DNA of 64,000 nt, from IMG/VR virus record IMGVR_UViG_3300030616_000016, positions 62,001 to 126,000 of that record; one strand, 5' to 3'. The translations under genes were made by a program, and so were the position numbers. Positions 29,562 through 38,455 of this stretch are shown piece by piece. The notes beneath the pieces were generated by a model. It was not told the DNA's origin, searched no databases, and was given only the letters and a program-made list of their open reading frames with translations. Within the stretch, counting starts at the first letter, position 1, and each line of letters starts with the position of its first letter.

Positions 29562-29596
29562 GATAAAAAAGAACTTATGCACACAAAAAACAAGAT

Positions 29597-29755
29597 TCAC
29601 TTCTTTTCGTCACCACAAATAGTACATCTGTGACCTGAGGATGTTTTGTTGTGGACGCGCTGAAACTTTCCGTATCTCTTGTCCTGAAAGATAGCGCCGG
29701 CTTTATTCATCTTGCCGTTTGCAATATGACCTTCACAAGTACAAGTTTTTATCAT
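29597..29755 (-). CDS. 52-aa zinc-binding phage protein
   Basis: Manual translation MIKTCTCEGH...QDKRYGKFQRVHN...RCTICGDEKK; GGAG RBS. Confidence 0.75.
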   Translation of the reverse strand: MIKTCTCEGHIANGKMNKAGAIFQDKRYGKFQRVHNKTSSGHRCTICGDEKK

Positions 29756-29781
29756 GATGTGCTCCAAATTGGTAAAAGATA

Positions 29782-29833
29782 GAGACCATCTAAAGTAATA
29801 TTCTATTCAAAGAGTATTAAAGTAGATGGTCTC
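29782..29833. other. Long stem-loop
   Basis: gagaccatcta/tagatggtctc (11 bp) with an inner taatattct/agagtatta stem. Confidence 0.7.
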
Positions 29834-30018
29834 ATGATTTGATGCGATGGAAATTAATTCCAATCTCATCAATGAATGAAAGATAGCCCAGAGCGATTAA
29901 CGCTATTTTCGTGCTATCAATTCATATATAATATTATCTGAAATTAATATTAGTGCATAGTCGCTTCTCCGTCAGAATTTAGATTTCTGGAATTGTTATT
30001 CTTGAATGTTATTTGAAA

Positions 30019-30405
30019 TTATCTGGTGTCAATTTTGCTACTCTCTCCTGTTTCTATGCAATAATGGACTGTTGTTTCATGACCTGTCATTACTATCATA
30101 TGATTTCCGCACATATTTATTACATTAGTACTTTCTAAATCATATACATTAAATACCTTTTGCAGTTCTTTGTCTTTGAATATGAAGACAAGATCCATAT
30201 CGAACGCACTAAACTGTGTGTTAGTATCTGATACATTTATTATGTAGTCGAAATCTATCTTTTTATTGATGGATTCTTCAAGATATTCTTGATAATTTTC
30301 ATCAATATCCTGAGGGTCTTCTACTCCATATACTTCTGATATTTCTTCTTCTGTCAAGACTTCCTTGATTGTTTTGCCTTCGATTTCATCAATGTTTCTA
30401 TACAT
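30019..30405 (-). CDS. Hypothetical acidic protein
   Basis: AAAGGA RBS then ATG 30405; the track start lies inside the IS end. Confidence 0.6.
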   Translation of the reverse strand: MYRNIDEIEGKTIKEVLTEEEISEVYGVEDPQDIDENYQEYLEESINKKIDFDYIINVSDTNTQFSAFDMDLVFIFKDKELQKVFNVYDLESTNVINMCGNHMIVMTGHETTVHYCIETGESSKIDTR

Positions 30406-30459
30406 TGAATTTCCTTTCTGAGAGAGTGACATTACCCCACGCCTAAAGGCGGGGGCTTC

Positions 30460-31626
30460 CTAATTCATCGAAAATTGCGTTCCATACTGGCTACGTCTTA
30501 CATCTTCTCCAAAGGCTTTAGGTTCCCCTTGCCCAGGGGTACAAAATGCAAAATTCAAAATATTACTAGATGCAAGGGCATCTCTATCGTGTTTGGCACC
30601 ACAAGTGCAAGTCCAATATCTGTCACTTAGCTTAAGATTATTATTTATAGCGCCGCACTGGTTACACATCTTGCTGGATGGTTCAAATCTTCCTATAGTC
30701 AAAACATGCTTTCCATACCAACCTGCCTTATACTCAAGAAAGGTACGAAAAGTATACCATCCAACATCAGAGATAGCCTTGGCCAAACAATGATTCTTCA
30801 CCATTCCAGAAACGTTTAAATCCTCAAGACACACTGCTTGGTTCTCGTCAATGAGCCTTTTGGACAATTTATGCAAAAAATCTTTACGTTGATTAGAAAT
30901 CTTCTCATGTATCAACGCTACCTTCCTACGAGCCTTGTTTCTATTTGAAGAACCTTTCTTCTTCTTTGATAATTGTTTTTGCTTTCTTGCCAATCTTCTT
31001 TCAAGTTTCTTTAGGTATCTTGGATTATCTATTTTCTCGCCTGTTGATAGTGTTGCAAAATGTTTTAATCCAACGTCAACACCTACACTATTATCTCGTT
31101 CAGGATTACATTTGATAGGTAATTCTTCTCCATTGTCAACCAAAATAGAAGCAAAGTATTTCCCAGAAGGAGCCATGAATATAGTTACAGTTTTAATATT
31201 GCCTTCAAATTGTCTATGGAATTTGCATTTGATGCCATCACGGAATTTCATTACATATAGCCTATTATTATCAAAATCCACATTACTTCCTTGTGGAAAT
31301 TGACAAGATTGCTTTTTGAATTTCTTCTTAAATTGAGGATATCTTGCCTGTTTCTTAAAAAACCGCCGGAAAGCATTGTCAAGGTTTCTAAAGGCCATTT
31401 GCAAAGATTGACTATTAACTTCCTTCAGCCAACCATGCTCAGATTTCATATGTTTCAATTGCTTTATCAAATCAAAACAGGAAGGAGATTTCCCCGTTTT
31501 TTGATAAGACTCTGTTTTCTTTTGGAGTCCCAAATTGTATATGAACCGTACACAACCAAAATGCTTCACAAGAAGCTCCTGTTGTTTTTTGTTGGGGTAT
31601 ATTTTGTATTTATATGCTCGTATCAT
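30460..31626 (-). CDS. tnpB: TnpB RNA-guided endonuclease, apparently intact
   Basis: MIRAYKYKIYP HTH; RuvC motifs GVDVGLK, LEDL, DRDALAS; CNQCG/CTCG zinc ribbon. Confidence 0.95.
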   Translation of the reverse strand: MIRAYKYKIYPNKKQQELLVKHFGCVRFIYNLGLQKKTESYQKTGKSPSCFDLIKQLKHMKSEHGWLKEVNSQSLQMAFRNLDNAFRRFFKKQARYPQFKKKFKKQSCQFPQGSNVDFDNNRLYVMKFRDGIKCKFHRQFEGNIKTVTIFMAPSGKYFASILVDNGEELPIKCNPERDNSVGVDVGLKHFATLSTGEKIDNPRYLKKLERRLARKQKQLSKKKKGSSNRNKARRKVALIHEKISNQRKDFLHKLSKRLIDENQAVCLEDLNVSGMVKNHCLAKAISDVGWYTFRTFLEYKAGWYGKHVLTIGRFEPSSKMCNQCGAINNNLKLSDRYWTCTCGAKHDRDALASSNILNFAFCTPGQGEPKAFGEDVRRSQYGTQFSMN

Positions 31627-31635
31627 TATATTTAT

Positions 31636-31664
31636 AGTATAGCACAGGTTTCTGTAAATGTCAA
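31636..31664 (-). promoter_or_regulatory. sigma70 promoter in the IS left end driving tnpB
   Basis: TTGACA-17 nt-TATACT. Confidence 0.75.
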
Positions 31665-31732
31665 GAGAAAAACGCATTCTTATATCCCCATGGCTAAAGC
31701 CAGGGGTCTTACGAATGCACCTTGATAAAAGA

Positions 31733-31761
31733 GCAGGAGGAAGGTATCCTCTTCCCCCTGC
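31733..31761 (-). terminator. Rho-independent terminator closing the non-coding tract
   Basis: Minus strand GCAGGGGGAAG-7 nt-CTTCCTCCTGC followed by TCTTTT. Confidence 0.7.
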
Positions 31762-31875
31762 CAGGTTTCATTATCAAAAGCTCCAGCTGCTTTCAATTAT
31801 CAGTTGAACGCTGGAATTCAATGAAATGTTGCATTTATGTTGTCTACGGCGCTATAGCCAATTTTTAGATCTAAG

Positions 31876-31958
31876 TACCTGCGACCTGCCATTAGTCCAA
31901 GGACACATAAGGAATAAAATGGAGTGTCCTGAGGGACTTGAACCCTCAACTCAGGCAT
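31876..31958 (-). ncRNA. Circularly permuted tRNA-like module 2 (3' half with CCA, linker, then 5' half)
   Basis: CCTG-AGTT-GAGGG TTCAAGT CCCTC-AGGACAC-T-CCA-linker-GTGTCCT-TG-GAC TAATGGCAG GTC-G-CAGG; acceptor, T, D and anticodon stems all pair. Confidence 0.8.
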
Positions 31959-32050
31959 AGTTAATATTGGCGTTCGAGAAGACAACGCAACAAATGCTGA
32001 GCTTTCAGGGAATAGTCTGAATTTAGCGTGCTTTCATATTATCACCAGCT

Positions 32051-32120
32051 TTCGCCGCGTATGCCAGTTCCGCCATCTTCCCATATAGTGGGAAGAGCAG
32101 GGTTCGAACCTGCACGGTGA
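32051..32120 (-). ncRNA. Circularly permuted tRNA-like module 1
   Basis: GCAGG TTCGAAC CCTGC-TCTTCCC-actatat-GGGAAGA-TG-GCG GAACTGGCATA CGC; 7-bp acceptor stem closed by a loop. Confidence 0.8.
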
Positions 32121-32168
32121 AGGAAAGTACTTATTTCAGCTTAACCTTAAGCTTCAGCTTGCCCTGTA

Positions 32169-32906
32169 TTATCCGAAAATGAAGTTACAGATGTCCTTGC
32201 CGATTTCTTTGCGTTCAACAGACGTGTTGTTTGCTTCTTCTCGTGCAAACTTGACTGCTCTCATAAGAACAGCAATTTTGTCAAGCATTTCTTTCTTACG
32301 AGTTGCAGAAATACATGTACTGAGCTTTGTAGTAGTCCAGTAACCGATAATCTCATCGCTGACTACAAGCTGAGTCTGTGCAGGATGCTTTTCAGTAGCA
32401 GCATAAAGAACGATAGGTTTCTCAACCTTACGTGTTTTATGTGTCTGACGCGCGCCTGATTTGAACATTCCGGAATCTTCATCACGAGCCCATGTTTCTG
32501 CTGGATCCAGTTCAGGAAGTTTCTCGACATATGTTTTAATATCGTTCAGCTGTTTTTCGAGGTACAGCAAGAATGTGGGAGGGGCGTCTTTTACAATTAC
32601 TGTGTCGCCAACCTTAATATCTGCTTTTGCAATGGTATTGCCAAAGTCTTTAGTTGCAGTAACATCAAACAGATCTGCGAGAGATTCCGCTACTTCGTTA
32701 ATTACATTGTTCAGATTTTCTTGTACCTTTACTGATTCTTCTGGAAAGTTCTCACCTTCTTCGTCTTTAGGCTCATATACTTTATGAAGGCCATTGAATA
32801 TTTGTGGTGCATCTGACAAACGATGAGCCTGAGTAATGATAGAATTATGGCGGGATTTTTCGCCCTTCTCAACTGCAATAATCTGATTAAGTTTAACTTC
32901 AGACAT
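32169..32906 (-). CDS. Conserved helical/coiled-coil protein immediately upstream of the tRNA-like RNA
   Basis: KLNQIIAVEKG N-terminus, P.TFLLYLEKQL, V..AREEAN; GGAGG RBS; function unknown. Confidence 0.8.
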   Translation of the reverse strand: MSEVKLNQIIAVEKGEKSRHNSIITQAHRLSDAPQIFNGLHKVYEPKDEEGENFPEESVKVQENLNNVINEVAESLADLFDVTATKDFGNTIAKADIKVGDTVIVKDAPPTFLLYLEKQLNDIKTYVEKLPELDPAETWARDEDSGMFKSGARQTHKTRKVEKPIVLYAATEKHPAQTQLVVSDEIIGYWTTTKLSTCISATRKKEMLDKIAVLMRAVKFAREEANNTSVERKEIGKDICNFIFG

Positions 32907-32931
32907 TTGTTACCTCCTTCTGTAAGATTTA

Positions 32932-33681
32932 TTATTCAATTATTTCTTTTATTTCTTTTATGATACTTTCTTTTGATTTAATTTTTGGTTTTGACTCATG
33001 CAATATATTATTAGTACTTTCTTGTATCATATAATCTTCAACTTGGATAGATTTTAATGTGTCTTTATACAAGTCATCGATTGTTATATCTGAAATATCA
33101 TTTACACTATCAGAATATGTTGATATCATGTTATTAAATTTTGATTTAAGCTCTACTTGTTTAGACTTTGCCCTCAGAGAAATGAGCTTAGAATCATATT
33201 CATTACATTTCTTTTCATATTCTTTTATCTTATTTTCCCAGCTAATCAGAATTTTTCTTAAAGAGCTTAGTGTTTCTTTTTTAAGCTTAACTTCTTCTTT
33301 CATTTTCTTTAGAACAAGTGACCTAGAATGAATCGTTTCTAGTTCTTTTAGGTTTCGCTCTACATTTGATTCTTTTAGATTTTTCTTTATGTTACTTGTA
33401 ACTTCTTGTATATTTTGTTCAAGTCCATAAACTTCTTCTTCCAGAAACTTTATATCTATTTTTAACTCTATTGCCTGTGATTTACTTACTTTCAAATTAC
33501 TTTTCAGGTCATCTATAACGACCTCGATTCTATCAATTTTTACATCTGTAGGAATTGATTTTTCTATCTTCTTAACAGTAGTTTTCTGTGCTGTTTTGAC
33601 ATAGCTTTTAACTCTGCTGTATCCAATAAATACGATTGCTAATATTGTTATTATGGCTACGACAACAAGTTTTTTAATCAT
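32932..33681 (-). CDS. Membrane-anchored coiled-coil protein (PspA-like)
   Basis: N-terminal hydrophobic helix and long heptad pattern. Confidence 0.6.
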   Translation of the reverse strand: MIKKLVVVAIITILAIVFIGYSRVKSYVKTAQKTTVKKIEKSIPTDVKIDRIEVVIDDLKSNLKVSKSQAIELKIDIKFLEEEVYGLEQNIQEVTSNIKKNLKESNVERNLKELETIHSRSLVLKKMKEEVKLKKETLSSLRKILISWENKIKEYEKKCNEYDSKLISLRAKSKQVELKSKFNNMISTYSDSVNDISDITIDDLYKDTLKSIQVEDYMIQESTNNILHESKPKIKSKESIIKEIKEIIE

Positions 33682-34858
33682 TCAATTTCTCCTCTGATTT
33701 TGTTGATTTTTGTAGATTATATTGCATTATGTTTTTATCAAATTCTCTAATCTGTGTCTTCATTTCTTCTGATTCTTTTATAAGTTTGCTATATTTATGT
33801 TTGATAATAGCTTTAGAATGTAATAAGCCAATATGTTCAATAAGTTTATTAAATTTGTAAGCGAATCTAGTAGCTTTTGCTGGAATTTCTGTCAATGCTT
33901 CTACTTCTTGATCAGTTAGAGTTGAAGTTTTTAATTTATCAACTCTTGATTTTAATTCATTAAGTTTACTTTGTGGTAATTTCAACTTATTTAATTGGTA
34001 TTTGAAATCATCTTTGAGGAGATCTGCGAACTTTCCTTCTTTTGCTTCAAGTATATTATCAAAGAATCCTGTACCTTTCTTAGGTTCTTCTTCTATATAT
34101 TTATCAAATCTAGTTACGGGTTCTTCCGGAGCACTCGCAAGTTCTTTCAGATACTCTGAAGGCTTAGGTAATGTTTTAGGTTCTTCTGTTGTTATTTTCT
34201 GTTGTAATGATCTTATCCACTCAGCACGTCCATCAAACTTGATGCTGTTTAAAGAAATATGGTTATAATAATATTCAATAAGACAATCTGTTACATTTTT
34301 TAATATTTGTTCTTTTGGCATTTGATATATACAAGTCTTAAGACATTTTTTACTAATACTTTCCAAAACATTTTCTTTAATGTTTGGATATTCTGCTTTA
34401 ATGTATTCTTTTATTAATGGAAGTCTTCTTTCAATAAGTTCATTATTTCTAAGATTATTCATCATTAATAATATTACGATTGTTAAGCAAGTTCCAAAAA
34501 TATATGGATTTATTTTGGTCTCAACTTTTGCAGCATCTCCATATAAGCTATGCCATATTACAATAAGTTTTCCTGCTTGGATTATTGAATATACAATTAA
34601 TGGGATAAATAATATGTATCCTAATGCCTCATATGCACTCATATATGGAAGTGTATTTATATTCATTATTGGCATTGGCTCCTTGGTTTGTGGAACATGG
34701 ACATTGCTAAGTATTGATATAAGAATAAGTACAAACGAGATTATTAGTGCACAAAATAATGACTTACTGGTTTGTATGATTTCAGATAAAAGTATTATCA
34801 ATGCAAGTAATGGTAATCCAATACAAATGATTATTATAATGTATATAAGCACTACCAT
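33674..34858 (-). CDS. Multi-pass membrane protein with soluble C-terminal domain
   Basis: Several hydrophobic segments in the first 135 aa. Confidence 0.65.
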   Translation of the reverse strand: MVVLIYIIIIICIGLPLLALIILLSEIIQTSKSLFCALIISFVLILISILSNVHVPQTKEPMPIMNINTLPYMSAYEALGYILFIPLIVYSIIQAGKLIVIWHSLYGDAAKVETKINPYIFGTCLTIVILLMMNNLRNNELIERRLPLIKEYIKAEYPNIKENVLESISKKCLKTCIYQMPKEQILKNVTDCLIEYYYNHISLNSIKFDGRAEWIRSLQQKITTEEPKTLPKPSEYLKELASAPEEPVTRFDKYIEEEPKKGTGFFDNILEAKEGKFADLLKDDFKYQLNKLKLPQSKLNELKSRVDKLKTSTLTDQEVEALTEIPAKATRFAYKFNKLIEHIGLLHSKAIIKHKYSKLIKESEEMKTQIREFDKNIMQYNLQKSTKSEEKLND

Positions 34859-34860
34859 AA

Positions 34861-35865
34861 TTATCTCATTAAATATAGATTGCGTAGTTCATCTCTATCA
34901 TAAAACACATTACGGATTTCTTGTCTAATATTATAGTCTTGAAATATTCTATCATAAAAACTAGTAGTATCTCCACCAAGAAATTCTATTGCATCATTTA
35001 TTGGTTGAGTTGTATTATGGTCTGGAGTAATTCCAATTCCTTCTTTCTCGACTCCATATATATCATATATAATTCCTGCTGTGTAATTGAATCCATCGCC
35101 TCTATAAAACTTATATGCTTGTACGGCTCTAAAAGCACCAAATGTTTTAGAGCCAAATATTGTAGCTTCTGAATAGTATTTCATTGCTGAAACAAATATT
35201 TCTGCGAATTGAAATGTACAAGCACTCGTAAGTATACACATATTATTTTTATGAAGCCATGTATTTTCTGTTTGCACAGACATATCTGCAAAATCACTAA
35301 ACGCAAATGCTGTATTATTAATTGCTGCAACTAATTCATTAGAATAAGTTTTGTGAGTAAATCCAGCAAGCAGTTTTATGTATTCGCCTAATCCGCCATT
35401 ATTACAATATCTAAGATCGAGAATTAAAGAATTGCATTCGAATTCATACATGTAATGGTTGACATTAAGCATAACAGTTTCTGCCATTCCAGCAGACATT
35501 TTATCTACAGATATATATAATATATCTGGTTCAATTTTATATATTTTTAATGTTCCTGATGCTTCATTATCTGATATGGCTGCTTCCATTTCTTCGCTGT
35601 TTATATACCTTGTATATAAATCTGTTTCAGAACGGAGTCTATTTATATATGATTCTAAAGTATCTGAAGTTAAAGGTGGTTGAACGTTTCCATAAATATA
35701 GCCTTGTGATAATACCGAATATGCTTCTTGTAGATATTCTTCATCTACGTTTGTAATTTGATTTTCTGTATTTGGATTGCTACTATTTCCTCCTCCTCCA
35801 CAGCCATTACAAAATATAATTATGATACATAATATGAACAAATTAATTTTGATATTTTTTATCAA
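34861..35865 (-). CDS. Lipoprotein with an S41 (tail-specific protease)-like domain, catalytic residues apparently lost
   Basis: Lipobox-like IIFCNGC; DLRYCNNGG; TFQFAEI and TFGAF where S41 enzymes have TASASEI and TFGKG. Confidence 0.65.
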   Translation of the reverse strand: MIKNIKINLFILCIIIIFCNGCGGGGNSSNPNTENQITNVDEEYLQEAYSVLSQGYIYGNVQPPLTSDTLESYINRLRSETDLYTRYINSEEMEAAISDNEASGTLKIYKIEPDILYISVDKMSAGMAETVMLNVNHYMYEFECNSLILDLRYCNNGGLGEYIKLLAGFTHKTYSNELVAAINNTAFAFSDFADMSVQTENTWLHKNNMCILTSACTFQFAEIFVSAMKYYSEATIFGSKTFGAFRAVQAYKFYRGDGFNYTAGIIYDIYGVEKEGIGITPDHNTTQPINDAIEFLGGDTTSFYDRIFQDYNIRQEIRNVFYDRDELRNLYLMR

Positions 35866-35908
35866 GACTACCTCTTTCTGTTTAATAATGGTTGTAATGA
35901 ATAGGAAA

Positions 35909-35979
35909 GTCTCTGGTAAGGCAAAAGGATGAAGAGCACGAGGGCTCTTTGGGGGAAGTCGAAAATTCTCACCAGAGAC
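35909..35979. other. Intergenic structured element
   Basis: Outer stem gtctctggt/accagagac with an inner aagagc/gctctt hairpin. Confidence 0.55.
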
Positions 35980-35988
35980 GGGATATAT

Positions 35989-36780
35989 TTAGAAATCAGT
36001 TGATTTTGCGGTTCTCATACCGCGAGCCATCATTTCTTTCACAAAGTCTTCTCCAAGACTTTCGAAGGTCGCTACATTTGAAGTTGTATCTTCAATTAAT
36101 ACAAACTTCTTAATATTCTCATCGCCGAAGTTATCAGCAATGTCTCTTACTGTATTTGCAACACAGTGTGACAGAGCTTCTCCAGTTATGAGAATATCGT
36201 CTGCTTCCAGTAGGCTATCAAGAAGATTGCCATTAAGTCTTGTAGTAGGGTCAGACGGGTCTTCTACATCGGCTTTTACTGCTGAGTAGTGTTCTGTAAA
36301 AGGATTAGACCCTTTAGTAACATAGTCAATCATAGCAAACTGATTTTCCCACTCAGTTATTGCTTCGAACACATTAGCATCGATTGAATGTCCTTGCGAA
36401 CCAATAAGACAATGTGGCCGCCAGATGCAGAGAACATATCTGCCATTGTCTTCAAGTGTTTTTGTATAATCTGAAGCTTTCTGTTGAAGAGCTGGGTTAT
36501 AGGAATGCCAGACACCATTTTTTACATCATCATGGGATATTACTGTAAATGGGTTTGGATGTTTACCATCTTTATCAACCCAGAATATAGGATGTGCAAT
36601 ATGAATGGTTCTGTGAGAATCCATTGTAATATGGATATCATCTAATCCGTCTTTCATTCTGTTGACCATTTCTGCAAGACGTTTCATATCCTCATCTGCT
36701 CTAGGAACAACTAGGGCTCCTTTTGGATTACAGAAGTCATATTGAGGATCAATAGCAAGAAGATGAGTTTTCTTGTTCAT
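35989..36780 (-). CDS. pncA: Nicotinamidase/isochorismatase-family hydrolase
   Basis: IDPQYDFC, DSHRTIH, WRPHC, TKGSN, GEALSHCV. Confidence 0.8.
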   Translation of the reverse strand: MNKKTHLLAIDPQYDFCNPKGALVVPRADEDMKRLAEMVNRMKDGLDDIHITMDSHRTIHIAHPIFWVDKDGKHPNPFTVISHDDVKNGVWHSYNPALQQKASDYTKTLEDNGRYVLCIWRPHCLIGSQGHSIDANVFEAITEWENQFAMIDYVTKGSNPFTEHYSAVKADVEDPSDPTTRLNGNLLDSLLEADDILITGEALSHCVANTVRDIADNFGDENIKKFVLIEDTTSNVATFESLGEDFVKEMMARGMRTAKSTDF

Positions 36781-36799
36781 AATTGCTGACCTTTCTTAG

Positions 36800-38455
36800 T
36801 TATTTTTTAATACTGATAGAGAACATTTCTTTATCCTCTGTAAAGTATACACTGGTACCATCAGTGTATAGTGGCATTGATGAGTCTATCGGCGGATTAG
36901 TAATAATGCGTTTTTGATTATCTTTAGAGATCTCAATCTTTTGATCGCTAAATACATCAATGCAAACTCCATTATTAAGAACAATGAAATTGATATTATC
37001 AACATCGCGCTCTTCTTTGTCTAGCAGAATACCTTTATTTTCTTTGCTGCATAGTTTGAATCGGAATCTATAATATTTACCAGATTCTTCTGCTATGCAT
37101 ACTAGAATTCCTCTGCTATGTTTTGCATTGATTATTCTAAGTCCATGGAGTTCCTCAATAGGACCTAGAAAACTACCAGAATCTTCTAATGGCGCATATG
37201 CCCAACATTTGTCTAGGAAGTTGCTAATTACTACTCCACTAAACATTTGATTCATAGTACCAAGATTTTGGGATGGATTCGAGCATGCCGCGCTCTTATT
37301 CCCCATATTTTTTGCATATACCTCATATACTGAGGCGCCGTTTCTGCAAAATATACTACCATTGTATATCATGGCTTTGTCTGCGGCAAATTTACCTGGT
37401 ATATCCGTTTCTATTTCTACACAGCCATTATCAATTATGCCTAACACAGGGTCAGGAGATAGATTGCATAGAAATGCCTTTTTATTGGATATATCCTTAA
37501 ATATGGATTTACCACAGTATATTGCCTTATCCGTAAATGTATAGAAAATACCATTTAGGAATTGTATTGATTTAATCGGCTCATTGTACTTATACATTGA
37601 TTTAATGTCAAAATTTGCTGTGCTTCTTATAGTCTTTTGAACCATAGCTATATTAATTGTAGCGTCAGGTTTAGGTGGAGCGCTGCGTTTATTCTCAATG
37701 AATATTGACTTAAACCACTCCATATGAGCTTTAGGAATAACTGAGAAGTCTTGACATACGGATGGAATGGTAACCTTACTATCAAATACGGATATACCAT
37801 CATCCATTCGCTTAGTAAATTCTCTTGGTTTATAGTCTGGGTGTTTACCCTTATAAGGATGGATACCAACATAAAGCTGAAATGCTATTACTGCAAACGA
37901 GAACCAATCGCTTAGTTCTGTGAACTTTTTGGCTAAGCGGTCTCTTATTGAATCCATAATAGCATTAGCTGGAAATGACTTTGTCTGATAACTGTCAACG
38001 TCAATAAAGTAAGGTACTTTATGACCTTTGTCTATCAGAAAGTTCATTTCATTCATATCTACTATCAGGCATTGTTTAGAATGAATGTGCTCGACCGTGT
38101 CTTGTATATTGCGCACAATTTCTAATACTTGATTAGGAGATATATTATTATCTTTTCTGTACTGCTTAGTAAAGAGCTTGCATAGAGCACTTGTCTCTTT
38201 AATATACTTCATTGTATATCCGATGACATTGCTTGTCTTTTTATCGCAAACAATATCTTCCGGTTTGATAACATTGCCGGCTGTTATATAGCCAAGCTCT
38301 TCAATCTTTCTTAATGGTATCATATGCTTGATATCATTATAAATCTTGAAGGCAATATTGTCTTTTTTATATACAGAACCTTGACCACCAGATGCAATAA
38401 AATCATTGTCTTTCAGGTCAAATGAAGCCTTTGTTCTATTTACAATGACTCTCAT
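36800..38455 (-). CDS. Ser/Thr protein kinase-like protein
   Basis: ASGGQGSVY, AFKIY, VDMNEMNFL, IDVDS, DWFSFAVIAFQL...HPY. Confidence 0.85.
   Translation of the reverse strand: MRVIVNRTKASFDLKDNDFIASGGQGSVYKKDNIAFKIYNDIKHMIPLRKIEELGYITAGNVIKPEDIVCDKKTSNVIGYTMKYIKETSALCKLFTKQYRKDNNISPNQVLEIVRNIQDTVEHIHSKQCLIVDMNEMNFLIDKGHKVPYFIDVDSYQTKSFPANAIMDSIRDRLAKKFTELSDWFSFAVIAFQLYVGIHPYKGKHPDYKPREFTKRMDDGISVFDSKVTIPSVCQDFSVIPKAHMEWFKSIFIENKRSAPPKPDATINIAMVQKTIRSTANFDIKSMYKYNEPIKSIQFLNGIFYTFTDKAIYCGKSIFKDISNKKAFLCNLSPDPVLGIIDNGCVEIETDIPGKFAADKAMIYNGSIFCRNGASVYEVYAKNMGNKSAACSNPSQNLGTMNQMFSGVVISNFLDKCWAYAPLEDSGSFLGPIEELHGLRIINAKHSRGILVCIAEESGKYYRFRFKLCSKENKGILLDKEERDVDNINFIVLNNGVCIDVFSDQKIEISKDNQKRIITNPPIDSSMPLYTDGTSVYFTEDKEMFSISIKK

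Larger units (their letters stand above)
30426..31724 (-). mobile_element. IS200/IS605-family element (IS1341-type, tnpB only)
   Basis: Left-end hairpin CCCCTGGCTTTAGCCATGGGG preceded by TTTAT; right-end hairpin CCCCCGCCTTTAGGCGTGGGG ending TAATGTCAC; no tnpA inside. Confidence 0.9.

Noticed and set aside
31627-31677. N-terminal extension of TnpB given by the ORF track
   Set aside because: It runs through the -35/-10 promoter; the family-typical start is MIRAYKY at 31626
31291-31725. 144-aa plus-strand ORF and the many other short plus-strand ORFs in the track
   Set aside because: They are antisense shadows of well-supported minus-strand genes, with no motifs
31919-32082. A single intron-containing tRNA made of the module-1 5' half and the module-2 3' half
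   Set aside because: GGGAAGA cannot pair with AGGACAC; the acceptor strands pair only in the permuted arrangement. No conventional tRNA gene was found in the window.
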